A DNA stretch of 36,459 nucleotides from Octopus sinensis (taxonomy: Eukaryota). The DNA lies in the NCBI RefSeq assembly GCF_006345805.1, contig NW_021835856.1, positions 1 to 36,459 on the forward strand, given 5' to 3'. Of the stretch, positions 24,233 to 35,774 are shown piece after piece. A program made the position numbers and the translations under genes. Below the pieces are notes generated by a model that worked only from the letters and a program-made list of their open reading frames with translations, did no database searches and was not told the DNA's origin. Position 1 is the first letter of the stretch. The number at the start of each line of letters is the position of its first letter.

Positions 24233-24642
24233 TATACTCTTTACTCTTTTACTTGTTTCAGTCATTTGACTGCGGCCATGCTGGAGCACCGCCTTTATTC
24301 GAGCAAATCGACCCCGGGACTTATCCTTTCTAAGCCCAGTACTTATTCTATCGGTCTCTTTTGCCGAACCGCTACAATACGGGGACGTAAACACACCAGC
24401 ATCGGTTGTCAAGCAATGCTAGGGGGACAAACACAAACACACAAACACACACACATATACATATATATACACATATATACGACAAGCTTCTTTCAGTTTC
24501 CGTCTACTAAATCCACTCACATGGCATTGGTCGGCCCGAGGCTATAGCAGAAGACACTTGCCCAAGATGCCACGCAGTGGGACTGAACCCGGAACCATGT
24601 GGTTGGTTAGCAAGCTACTTACCACACAGCCACTCCTGCGCC
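24233..24642 (-). mobile_element. SINE family A, full length
   Basis: Reverse complement of 13981-14398. Confidence 0.92.
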
Positions 24643-24867
24643 TATAAGTGAAAGAAAAATCTTCTTACTGTCAGTGACTGAGGCGTCCTCCAATTACGGC
24701 CCCATCTTACAACTACGATCTCGTAAGAGCTGCGCGTTCCCTATTATATGAGCACTGAAAATATCCCCGTCACGTCCCCCGAGAACAGGGACCAGGAAAG
24801 TGCTATATAGTTTAATGCGACGATCTGTATGAATGAATGATCTGTATGTATGAATGATCTGTATAAA

Positions 24868-25598
24868 GGCGGCGAGTTGGCAGAAACGTTAGCACGCTGA
24901 GCGAAATACGTAGCCGTATTTCGTCTGCCGTTACGTTCTGGGTTCAAATTCCGTTGAGGTCGACTTTGCCTTTCATCCTTTCGGGGTCGATAAATTAAGT
25001 ACCTATTTCTTTATTACCCACAAGGGGCTAAACATAGATGGGACAAACAAGGTCAGACATAGGTATTAAGTCGATTCCATCGATCCCAGTGCGTAACTGG
25101 TACTTAATTTATCGACCCCAAAAGGATGAAAGGCCAAGTCGACCTCGGCGGAATTTGAACTCACAACGTAACGACAGACGAAATACGGCTACTCATTTCG
25201 CCCGGCGTGCTAACGTTTCTGCCAGCTCGCCGCCTGTAATTAAGTACCTATTTCTTTATTACCCACAAGGGGCTAAACACAGAGGGGACAAACAAGGACA
25301 GACATAGGTATTAAGTCGATTACATCGACCCAAGTGCGTAACTGGTACTTAATTTATCGACCCCGAAAGGATGAAAGGCAAAGTTGACCTCAGCGGAATT
25401 TGAACGCAGAACGTAGCAGCAGCCGAAATACCGCTAAGCATTTCGCACGGCGCGCTAACGTTTCTACCAACTCGCCGCCATTAAGTACCTGTAATTAAGT
25501 ACCACTTACGCACTGGGGTCGATGCAATCGACTTAATTCGTTTGTCTGTCCTTGTTTGTCCCCCCTATGTTTAGCCCCTTGTGGGCAGTAAAGAAATA
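24868..25598. mobile_element. Nested SINE family B cluster: one + copy split by two - copies
   Basis: +5' half 24868-25003, - copy 25004-25235, - copy 25249-25479, +3' half 25492-25598. Confidence 0.9.
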
Positions 25599-26187
25599 TA
25601 TATAGTTTAATGCGACGATCTGCATGAATGAAAAGATCAATGCATGTAAGTAGGTAGTCCTTGTCGACATCACTTGCTCTCTCTACCGCTCTTCATACCT
25701 GCCCCTTCTCTCTCTTTCAGTCTCTTCCTTTGTTCTCTCTCTGTCCCTCTCACTATACATTAACTCTATTGCTTATTCTGTGTAATGCTTTTTGCTTGAC
25801 CAATCAAATCTTTGCATTATGTTATTCGATCGTTTGTAATGTCTATTTGAGACAGAACACGCCCGCCACGTGTGCATACAAAACATCGGATCTTCACACA
25901 CACAACCGCGTAATTCAATGGTACAAGGACTTGACTTAACGGTTAGTGATCTTCAATCTTTACTTTAGCCATGAGGCTGCGGCCATGCTGGGGCACCTCC
26001 ACGAAGAATTTTATCAAAACGAATGTTGGTGTGTGTGCTTACGTTCGGCAAAACAGACAGAATAAGTACTAGGCTTACAAACAAGTTCTGGGGACGATGT
26101 TCGACTAGAAGCGGTGCTCCAGCATGGCCACTGTCAAGTGACTGAAACAAGTAGAAGAATAAAAGAATGTGACTGAGTGTGTGTGTT

Positions 26188-26224
<37 letters not shown>

Positions 26225-26595
26225 CTGTTTGTGTGTGTGTGTGTATGAGTGGAGATGCGTATACACATACAGACTGACACACGCTCACATTTCTATAGTT
26301 TTCTTCCATATGCTTTTTTTTTCTATTTGCATTGATTGCTACATTTTCACCTGACTCCCATTAGAGATTATCCCCTTCAGTACTCATGACAAAAGACTAT
26401 TTTCGTTCTTGTATGATCTCAAATGTTTAGTTTTTTCTCAGTTTTTTTTTTTTATGTACAAAACAAATCATACTTTCTAATAAAACTCACATTTTGCATC
26501 TTGTATATATCTATATTTCTAGTTTGAAGAGAAAGGCGTAAATGTACAATTGGTACTCTACCGTATAGAAAAGGGTTTTATGAATCAGCGGTGAA

Positions 26596-27859
26596 ATGAA
26601 TTCTACAAGAAAGTACCAGTTTGTCATATTCATTTTCATTTTAATCTCTGTCTTATTTATATACATCACTTCACCAAAATTTAAAACAAAGCTGTCAAAA
26701 TACTGTGCTTCTTTACCAAGCTTTGCTAGACCCCAATCTAATGAATGTAACATGGAAACATGTTTCAATTCCAAACGCTGTAACATTTCTAATTTCAAAG
26801 CCTTTGTGTACCCAAGTGCTGTTTGGAACCGCACTAAGGATAATTCCATTTTGGGAAAGACCTACTTAACCAAGAATCCAGAAGATGCTTGTATGTATAT
26901 TTTTTTCTGGAAACCAGGATCAAAATTAACCGATTTACAATTTTGGCAGGAAAATGGGTCAAACCACATCATCATTAACTTGGATATCAACAGAAAAGGG
27001 CCACTTCATCCTGGCAATGCATTGGTGGCTCAACCACGCTTTCAGTACTTTACGTTCCGAGCTGGATTTGATTTTATTTTACCATTGTACAATAATAATA
27101 ACTCAAAGGATACGTGGGAAATACTCCTTCCACTTTTTCCTCTCCGTCGTAAATATTGGATATCGTATCTAAGTGGCTCTCAGCCAAAACTAGATATTTT
27201 CAGAAAATATCAACCACTGCCTACCAGTCTTTCTGAATACCTGAAAAGACACAATTCTTCGTTGCTGCCAATAACAGTCTCCAGCGAATGTTCTCCATCG
27301 GATATTTGGAGCTGTCCAAAGAAAAAACGACTGCAAATTTTGACCAACTCCACTTTTACCATAATAGTGATGCCACATCAGTTATTTAAGGAAAATGATT
27401 GGAACGTTTTTCAGATTCATTTGGTTGAAATACTTCAAAGTGGATCCGTACCAGTGTTAATCGGAGATAAAAATTACCTACCGTTACAGGATTATATTAA
27501 CTGGAAGAGAGTTCTTGTAACATTTCATTGGAATATGTTGACTAAATTCCTACCGTTTTTATCTTCTCTCGTCGATATGGACATCTTACAATTCAAACAG
27601 TATGGACGACATGTTATGGAGGTGATTTTCTCATCTAAAAAGTCGCTCCTGGCCGTAATCCTCGAATCGATGCATCAACGACAACGAGTTCCAGCACCTT
27701 GTTTCGATCCCTATCATCCTAAAATATTATTTACATACCAGCCAAAGAGTAATGGCAATCAGAGCTATGACCAGCCTGGTCATTTTAGAGGGGGCAAACA
27801 TTCCCTTCTTGATCTGAGAATGCCACCGGAAGCATTATCTTTTATCAACGTAGAACGAA
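26596..27859 (+). CDS. Exostosin-like 3 family glycosyltransferase, first coding exon (TM anchor + GT47-like domain)
   Basis: Type II TM (QFVIFIFILISVLFIYI); CNMETCFNSKRC, FWQENGSNHIIINL, GNALVAQ...FRAGFD, RRKY, ILTNSTF, EILQSGSVPVLIG...LPLQDYINW match EXTL3 motifs (recall). Donor A|GTGAGT at 27860, phase 1. No symbol given because it may be a divergent paralogue. Confidence 0.92.
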
Positions 27860-27904
27860 GTGAGTACTAGAATTTTACTTAAATATTGTTTTTGTTAGTG
27901 CTGT

Positions 27905-27965
27905 AGTTGTTGTTATTGTTGTTGTTGTTGCTGCTGCTGCTGCTGCTGCTACCGCTGCTGCTGTT
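27905..27965 (+). repeat. (GTT)n(GCT)n trinucleotide repeat in intron 1
   Basis: Direct reading. Confidence 0.9.
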
Positions 27966-28033
27966 GATATTCAGTTCTTAGGTATCATCTACTCTCAAAG
28001 GGCTGAGTGTCAAGGATCTCCATTCGGGTAGTC

Positions 28034-28362
28034 TGGAGCATCGCCTTTAGTTGAACAATTCGACCCCAAGCCTAGTACTTATTCTATCGGTCGCTTTTTA
28101 CCGAACCGCTAGATTACGGGGACGTGAATACACCAACATCGGTTGTCAAGCGATGTTGGGGGAGCAAACACAGGCACACAAATATACACACACACACGCA
28201 CATATATATACGACGGGCTTTTTTCAGTTTCAGTCTACCAAATTCACTCACAGAACCTTGGTCGGCTCGACGCTATAGTAGAAGACACTTGTCCAAGGTG
28301 CCATGCAGTGGGACTGAACCCGGAACCATGTGGCTAGTAAGCAAGCTACTTATCAAACAGCC
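28034..28362 (-). mobile_element. SINE family A
   Basis: Reverse complement of family A. Confidence 0.85.
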
Positions 28363-28384
28363 GATGTTTATATAACCATGTGAT

Positions 28385-28600
28385 GTGGTGGCGAACTGGC
28401 AGAATCGTTAGCACGCCGGAAACATGCTTAGTGGCATTTCGGTCGCCTGCACGTTCTAAGTTCGAATTCCACCGACGTCGACTTTTCTTTTCATCCTCGA
28501 GATCGATAAAATAAGTAGCAGTTGAGCACTGGAGTCGATGTAACCGGCCTACCCCCTTCCCCGAAACCGCTGGACTTGTGCCAAAATTTGAAAGCAGTAT
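28385..28600 (+). mobile_element. SINE family B, diverged
   Basis: GGCGAACTGGCAGAATCGTTAGCACG head, GTTCGAATTCC B box and core. Confidence 0.8.
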
Positions 28601-28632
28601 AACTATGTGATATTTTATCTTTTTATTCTTAG

Positions 28633-28668
28633 AACCCGGTAAGAGCTGGCCACCCGAAAAATTTACAG
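28633..28668 (+). CDS. EXTL3-like gene, 36-nt microexon (K PGKSWPPEKFT V)
   Basis: Polypyrimidine tract + TTAG acceptor and CAG|GTAAAT donor, phase 1-1. Joining gives PPEKFTVVILTY, equivalent to EXTL3 PREQFTVVMLTY. Confidence 0.85.
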
Positions 28669-28809
28669 GTAAATCTGTTACTTTATTTAAAGCAACAAAA
28701 GGAACTTTATTCTGTACCAAGCGTGAATTACATGTTAATAAGGGTTTACCGGTTCGCATCTTTGTATCTGTTCACAGTGTTGTAGTATTCTTGAAGTATT
28801 GTGGAATGC

Positions 28810-28860
<51 letters not shown>

Positions 28861-28939
28861 TGTGTCTGTGTCTTATATATATGTATATATATAAATATAT
28901 ATACGTGTGTGTGTGTGTCTGTATACATAGATACATATA

Positions 28940-29600
28940 CGAGGAGCTATTGCCATAGTAACGAAGCTAAAACACGCAGAGTGAAACCGTCTGGCAAATA
29001 TTGACCGTGAGCTCTGCTCTGCACGTGCACTAAATTTTAATGTTCTAAGTCACTTCTGCTGTGACAGAGAAAATTGTGATGGTGATAACTGCTCAGAGGC
29101 CAAAGTTGAAGAAAGTGTATGGAGACGAGTGTATGAGCCGCACACAAGTGTACGAGTTGTCCAGATGTTTCTAAGATGGCCGAAAAAATGTCGATATTCA
29201 CAAACGTTTTGTGAGACCCGCAACCAACAGAACTGAGAAAAACATCGCAGATGAGGGCATAGCTGTAAGGGAAAATCATCGAATCACCATCCCTGAGTTA
29301 TTAGGGGATGTGCGGATTAGTTACAGTTCAGTTCAGTCCATTATCAGTGAAGATTTGTGTATGAGAAGCATGTCTGCCAAGTTTGTGCCAAAACTGCTTT
29401 CAGCTGACCGAAAAGATACTCGGGTTTCAGTTGCACAAAATCTCGATTGTGTCGAAAACGATGAAAACTTTTTGAAAACCTTATGGAAGCCTCACTGCAA
29501 GTATCACTAAGCTTTTGGCAAAATTTCATGCGGATTCTCTGCTCATCTTTCTTCATCATGGTCGGTCCGAGGATCACACGCTACACACCTTCCTTCCAAG
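28940..29600 (+). mobile_element. Mariner transposon remnant (N-terminal HTH region), rearranged
   Basis: TA|CGAGG start; KVYGDECMSRTQVYE, RITIPEL, SAKFVPKLL on +; MKKDEQRIRMKFCQKL on - at ~29490-29560. Confidence 0.8.
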
Positions 29601-29859
29601 CACTGTGTGTAAACAGACCACGCCTTTATTTATTTTATCGACTCTGAAGAGATGAAAGGCAAAGTTGAACTGTGACAGAACTTCAAAACAGATCAGAAAA
29701 AGCCCGAAGAAGTAATGTTCTAAGCATTTTGTTAACCATGCCAATAGTTTAGCTGGATTGCCGCTTTAACAAAAGACTGTTACACAAGAAAAATTCGTTT
29801 AACTATACAGGAAAAGACATTTAACTAAATTTGTTTCTCCATTTTACTTATTTGTATTA

Positions 29860-30027
29860 GGAGCGGCTGTGTGGTAAGTAGCTTGTTTACCAACCACATG
29901 GTTCGGGGTTCAGTCCCACTGCGTGGCATCTTGGGCAAGTGTTTTCTACTATAGCCTCGGGCCGACCAAAGCCTTGTGAGTGGATTTGGTAGATGGAAAC
30001 TGAAAGGAGCCCGTCATATATATGTAT

Positions 30028-30101
<74 letters not shown>

Positions 30102-30546
30102 TTAGCGTCCGCTTTCCATGCTAGCATGGGTTGGACGGTTCAACTGGGGTCTGTGAAGCCAGAAGGCTGCATCAGGCCTAGTCTGATCTGGCAGTGTTTC
30201 TACGGCTGGATGCCCTTCCTAACGCCAACCGCTCCGTGAGTGTAGTGGGTGCTTTTTACGTGCCACCCGCACAGGTGCCAGACGGAGCTGGCAAACGGCC
30301 ACGGACGGATGGTGCTTTTTACGCGCCACCGGCACAGGGGTGAGGCGAGGCTGGCAAGGGCCACGGACGGATGGTGCATTTTACGTGCCACCGGCACGGA
30401 GGCCAGTCGGGGCGGCGCTGGCAACGGCCACGATCCGATGGTTCGCTTACTTGTCACCGGCACTGGTATCACAACTGCAATTTCCACTGATGTTGATTGA
30501 CTTCGATTTTGGTTCTGCTTTCTGATATCTGATTTGATTTGGTTTG

Positions 30547-30599
<53 letters not shown>

Positions 30600-30819
30600 T
30601 GTATGTGTTTGTGTGTCTGTGTTTGTTCCCCCTAGCATTGCCTGACAACCGATGCTGGTGTGTTTATGTCCCCGTAACTTAGCGGTTCGGCATAAGAGAC
30701 CGATAGAATAAGTGCTGGGCTTACAAAAAGAATAAGTCCCGGGGTCGAGGTGCTCGATAAAAGGCGGTGCTCCAGTATGGTCGCAGTCAAATGACTGAAA
30801 CAAGTAAAAGAGTAAAGAG
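29860..30819 (+). mobile_element. SINE family A split by a nested insertion
   Basis: Head at 29860-30015 and tail at 30600-30819. Confidence 0.85.
30029..30500 (-). mobile_element. Retroposon 3' end with (ATG)n tail and about three internal ~65-bp tandem units
   Basis: Minus strand ends CCGTCCAACCCATGCTAGCATGGAAAGCGGACGCTAAA(TGA)n; the unit GGTGC.TTTTACG.GCCACC...GGCCACGGACGGAT is repeated. Confidence 0.7.
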
Positions 30820-31327
30820 TATATGATACGTTAAAAACATTTTACATCGACAATTGTAAACAAAACGAAAACCACAAATGTCCCATATTTGGCTTGCAAA
30901 TACAAATACAAACAGATGTGTGATTAAAGTTACGCACTATAATATATTAAATAAATCAAATGTTATTGAATATATACAAGCACGCACACACCCATATGTA
31001 TAAGTATATGTATGTGTGCGCGTGGGTGTGAGCATGTGTATGTGTGTGTGTGTGTGTGTTTGTGTGTATGAGTAAATATGTCAAAATATGTGAGTGCATA
31101 CGCGTGTCTGCGTAAAATATATATTTACACAAGTGTATGTGCTCATGATTCCTTACATATATATATATATGTGCGTGTGTATGTGTGTGTGTGTGTCTAT
31201 TTGTGTATGTATGTCTATGTATATATATATATATATATATATACACAAATGGAAAATGTATGTTAAATAAACAAACGACATAGGCAATACTGAGTGAATG
31301 ACCGGGCGGGAGATAAACACAGAAGGT

Positions 31328-32222
31328 CTCTATATCTATGTATAATGTATTAAAAATGAATTTCAATCTTGCTTGATTGCTTGCAATGTTACACAGCCAA
31401 ACTCTAATCTTTCCATTTGACACATAATGATGGGCAAAATATTTTAAAGAGAAAATGACTTTAAAAATACGGTAAATATTTCGTAAAAGACCTGTTCGTA
31501 ACCTCGGTGTAAAATAGGTTTCTTTTTGCCATAGGATTCTTTCGAGTGCATTCAACGTATCTCACCTCCAAAAATTTGGCTGTTATTTCTAGCACGCTCT
31601 GCTACCACGTAACAGTTATTTGCGATAAAGGACCCGAAATACCTGTTACTTTGTAGCAAGGCGTGCAAGAAATAATAGCCAAATCTTTCCTTTTTCTAGA
31701 GAAAGGAGCCTTTTACGCTTGATTTCGATGTCATATTCGTTGAAAGCATGCGAAATAACCTGGAAAGGAAAAAGAAACCACGAAACGAAACTCCGTTGCT
31801 AGGAAACTCAGATATCCCCGGAGACCCAACGGGTCACGGGTAGTATAGTATACTGTTAAAAGTGAAGTTCAATCTTGCTTGCTTGCTTGCACTGTTACAC
31901 AGGCCAAACTGGCGCATAATAGGAAAATTCTTTGATAGTAAAGAGCCTCTGAAATGTGAATACGAACGGAATAAAACAAGTTTTGCAAAACTGGACCAGT
32001 GGCTATTGAGATATCCCGGGTTTGTGGGGGTATAAATATCAAAAACTGTGCTTAATGGGAAAATAACCGATATAATTGTTACGTTAAAGCATAGCGTGCA
32101 TGAAATAGGAGCCTTTTATGCGTGATTTCGATGTCACGTTCGTTAAAAGTATGCGAAATAACCTGGAAAATAAAAAAACACGAAGCAAAACTCCGTTGCT
32201 GGGGAAACTCAGACTTCTCCGG
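31328..32222 (+). mobile_element. Two head-to-tail Helitron-like copies (about 31328-31845 and 31846-32222)
   Basis: Shared blocks at 31366/31871 and 31706/32109; hairpin GACCC-AAC-GGGTC followed by GTAG|T at the junction. Confidence 0.55.
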
Positions 32223-32490
32223 TGTGTTTGCGTGTGTATGTGTGTGTGTATATGCGTGTATGTGTGTGTATATATGCGTGTATGTGTGTGTGTGTGTGTG
32301 TGTCTTTAGAGATCGACGCAAGTGCTCATCAATAATTTACAACAGAATGGAAGATCATGTTTAATCAGACATCGTTTGTTTAAATAAATGTTTTATCTGT
32401 ATATATGTTTCCATCATAAAAATCTATAGGTGATTTAGTGAATTGCTAATAATGTGTATACGGAAAATTATAGACAGCTCTGTCAATAAT

Positions 32491-32782
32491 CGTGACATAC
32501 ATTTGCCATTTAAATATGGCTAACCCCTAAGGGTGAATGCTACTGTAGTTTGTAGCCCCAGGAGGACACCTCCTCCAGCTGGCCATAGACACACTTCGGC
32601 TTCCCTTTGCAAACACTGATAGGGCACAGAAAGTGTGTCTATGGCCAGCTGGAGGAGGTGTCCTCCTGGGGCTACAAACTACAGTAGCATCCACCCTTAT
32701 GGGTTAGCCATATTTAAATGGCAAATGTACGTCACGATGTGTTGTAGCTACTGTTTATAACTCGCTCTGAGATTTATTATTG
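32491..32782. mobile_element. Fold-back insertion with 108-bp arms and 12-bp TSD
   Basis: 32489-32596 pairs with 32631-32738 (3 mismatches); TCTGTCAATAAT at 32479-32490 and 32783-32794. Confidence 0.88.
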
Positions 32783-32920
32783 TCTGTCAATAATGTTTTA
32801 TTCAAATTGAAAACCATAATTGTCCCTAAATATGACTCGGTTGTTAGAAACACCTACCTTGCTAGAAATAAGAGCTAAAATGCACTAACTCTAGTCAAAG
32901 CACATGATTGTATAGATTTA

Positions 32921-34522
32921 CAGTGGGGGAAAATAAATATTCGTACATGTCAAAATTCTTTATTTATTTAACTTCTAATGAACATAAATGGGATATACCA
33001 ATACTATATTTGCATACACATGCATAAACTAAGAAATATGCAAAAGAAACTAATAAAATTATAGTAACTAAAGAATTTATATACAATTATAAATATTTAG
33101 GGGTGAAAAAAGTATTCGTAAAGAATAAATATATGATTTTCTATGCCACAAAATACTGTTAAAATAATTTTTAGTTTTACTAGAACTTTCTCGTTTGTTC
33201 TAATAATCTTATCAGTTGTCATTTTTAAGCGTCAAAACACTAGCTTCTTCATTCAGCATTGAGACAACATAAAGTAGTATCGTAATAATGGCGAAAAGTA
33301 AAGAACTCACAAATTCAGTGGAAAACTTAATTATTGAACAGTGGAAAGCAGGTAAAAGTTACAGGAAAATATCAGAGACCCTTTGTATTCCATTTTCTAC
33401 CATATCTTCATTTATTCAAAGATATAAAAAATCGGGATCTGTTGGAAACAGTATAAGATCCAGTGCACCACACAAGATTTCCCATAGATCTTTAGGAAAA
33501 ATGAAGCGAAGAATCTGAAAAAATGCAATGATCACCAGAAAGGAGTTACAAGAAGATTTGTTAGCTCCAGAGACTAGTGTTACACTACGAACAATCAGCA
33601 ATGAACTTCATAGGAATGAACTGAAATCACGCTCTCCTAGAAAAACTCCGCTGTTGACTAAAAGGCATAGAGATGCCGTTTAAAATTTGTTTCTGAACAT
33701 AAAGATAAATCTGATACATTCTGGGAAAATGTTCTATGGACAGACGAGTCGAAAATTGAATTGTTTGGAGCCATGTTCGGAGGAAAGATGGGACCACCTA
33801 TTCGCCGAAAAACACAATTCCTACCGTAAAGTTTGGAGGTGGCAACATCATGGTGTGGAGTGTTTCTCTGCAAATGGTACTGGAAATTTACGTGTGATAG
33901 ATGATAGAATGAATGCAGAGATGTACCAAAATATTTTGAACAATGATTTATGGGACTCTGTAGAAAAGCTCCAGCTTTGTGAAGGGTGGGTTTTGCAACA
34001 GGATAACGATCCTAAGCACACGACGAAGTCTACCAAAAAATGGATTGTCGATCACAATATAAAATTATTAGAATGGCCAAGCCAGTCACCTGACTTGAAT
34101 CCCATTGAAAATTTGTTGCATTATTTGAAAATTAAAATTCATTCAAGAGCCCCAACGTGCATTGCAGATTTGAAGAAAATTTGTCAAGAAGAATGGGAAA
34201 AAATTCCTAAAGAAACATGCGAGTCTTTGATTAAGAACTACAAGAAAAGATTGGTTGAAGTGGAACTGAATAATTGTTATGCTACGAAGTATTAAATCAG
34301 AATTATCAGTTACTTATGTTCTGTACGAATACTTTTTTCACCCCTAAATACTTATAATTGAATATAAATTCCTTAGTTACAATAATTTATAAGTTTCTTT
34401 TGCATATTCTTAGTTTATGCATGTGTATGCAAATATAGTATTGGTATATTCCATTTACGTTTATTAGAAATTAAATATATAAAGAATTTTGACACATCAC
34501 GAATATTTATTTCCCCCTACTG
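32921..34522 (+). mobile_element. Tc1 (DD34E) transposon with ~200-bp IR/DR-type TIRs and TA TSD
   Basis: TA|CAGT...ACTG|TA; TIRs 32921-33120 and 34324-34522, each with two GGGG..AAA..TATTCGT direct repeats. Confidence 0.96.
33288..34295 (+). pseudogene. Tc1 transposase pseudogene
   Basis: HTH region, WTDESK, PTVKFGGG, QQDNDPKH, SPDLNPIE (34 residues between D and E); TGA at 33516 and frameshifts. Confidence 0.95.
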
Positions 34523-34698
34523 TATATACTTACAGAGAATTCAATCCGGAATAAGCCAAAGTCTAGCGGTCCTTCCGATGTTTTCAGGCGATTATAGTTC
34601 CTGTCAGTGAATATGTTTAGAATTATGTACCTTAACTACAGCATTAGATAAATTTAGCTCTTATTTCTTAGCAACATCGGTGTTTCTAACACCGAGTC

Positions 34699-34729
<31 letters not shown>

Positions 34730-34734
34730 TATAA

Positions 34735-34774
<40 letters not shown>

Positions 34775-34814
34775 TATAAATAAATATATATATATATATA
34801 TAAATACATATATA

Positions 34815-34881
<67 letters not shown>

Positions 34882-34882
34882 A

Positions 34883-34932
<50 letters not shown>

Positions 34933-35047
34933 ATATATATATTTATACATATATATATATTTATATATATGTATATATATATATATATATTATACATATA
35001 TATATATTTGTATATATATATATATTATATATATATATACATATATA

Positions 35048-35121
<74 letters not shown>

Positions 35122-35126
35122 TATAT

Positions 35127-35530
35127 GGAGTGGCTGTGTAGTAAGTAGCTTGTTTACCAGCCACATGGTTCCGGGTTCAGTTCCACTGCATGGCACCTTG
35201 GGCAAGTGTCTTCTACTATAGCCTCGGGCCGTCCAAAGCCTTGTGAGTGGATTTGGTAGACGGAAACTGAAAGAAGCCCGTCGTATATATGTATGTACAT
35301 ATATATATATATGTGCGTGTATGTTCGTGTGTGGGTGTTTGTTCCTCTGGCATTGCTTGGCAACTGATGCTGGTGTGTTTATGTCCCCGTCACTTAGCGG
35401 TTCGGCAAAAGAGACCAATAGAATAAGTACTGGGCTTACAAAAGAATAAGTCCCGGGGTCGAGTTGCTCGATTAAAGGCGGTGCTCCAGCATGGCCGCAG
35501 TCAAATGACTGAAACGAGTAAAGAGAGTAA
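35127..35530 (+). mobile_element. SINE family A, full length
   Basis: Family A head to tail. Confidence 0.92.
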
Positions 35531-35604
35531 TTCATTATCAAATGCACTCATTCACTCACTGAAATCTGTAGTCTAATTCTTATCCACTTTCTTCACCCGT
35601 TTAG

Positions 35605-35759
35605 TTGTGATCCTGACATATCGAAGGCAGTATATCTTGTATAAGATTCTCAATGCACTTCACAATCTGCCATTCTTGGACCGTGTAGTTATAGTGTGGA
35701 ATGACCTCTTCACTCCTGTAAATAAAACGATAATTCCAGAGTTACATGTACCAGTTTAT
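35605..35759 (+). CDS. EXTL3-like gene, exon starting the GT64 domain
   Basis: TTTAG| acceptor, phase 1; VILTYRRQYILYKILNALHNLPFLDRVVIVWN...LHVPVY; donor |GTAAGT, phase 0. The gene continues beyond the window. Confidence 0.9.
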
Positions 35760-35774
35760 GTAAGTATACTCTTT

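Noticed and set aside
27860-27870. Single-exon 424-aa gene ending at TAG 27870
   Set aside because: A consensus GTGAGT donor precedes the stop, and in-phase downstream exons continue the EXTL3 homology.
29976-30239. Poly-histidine protein
   Set aside because: It is the (CAT)n tail of a nested retroposon inside a SINE.
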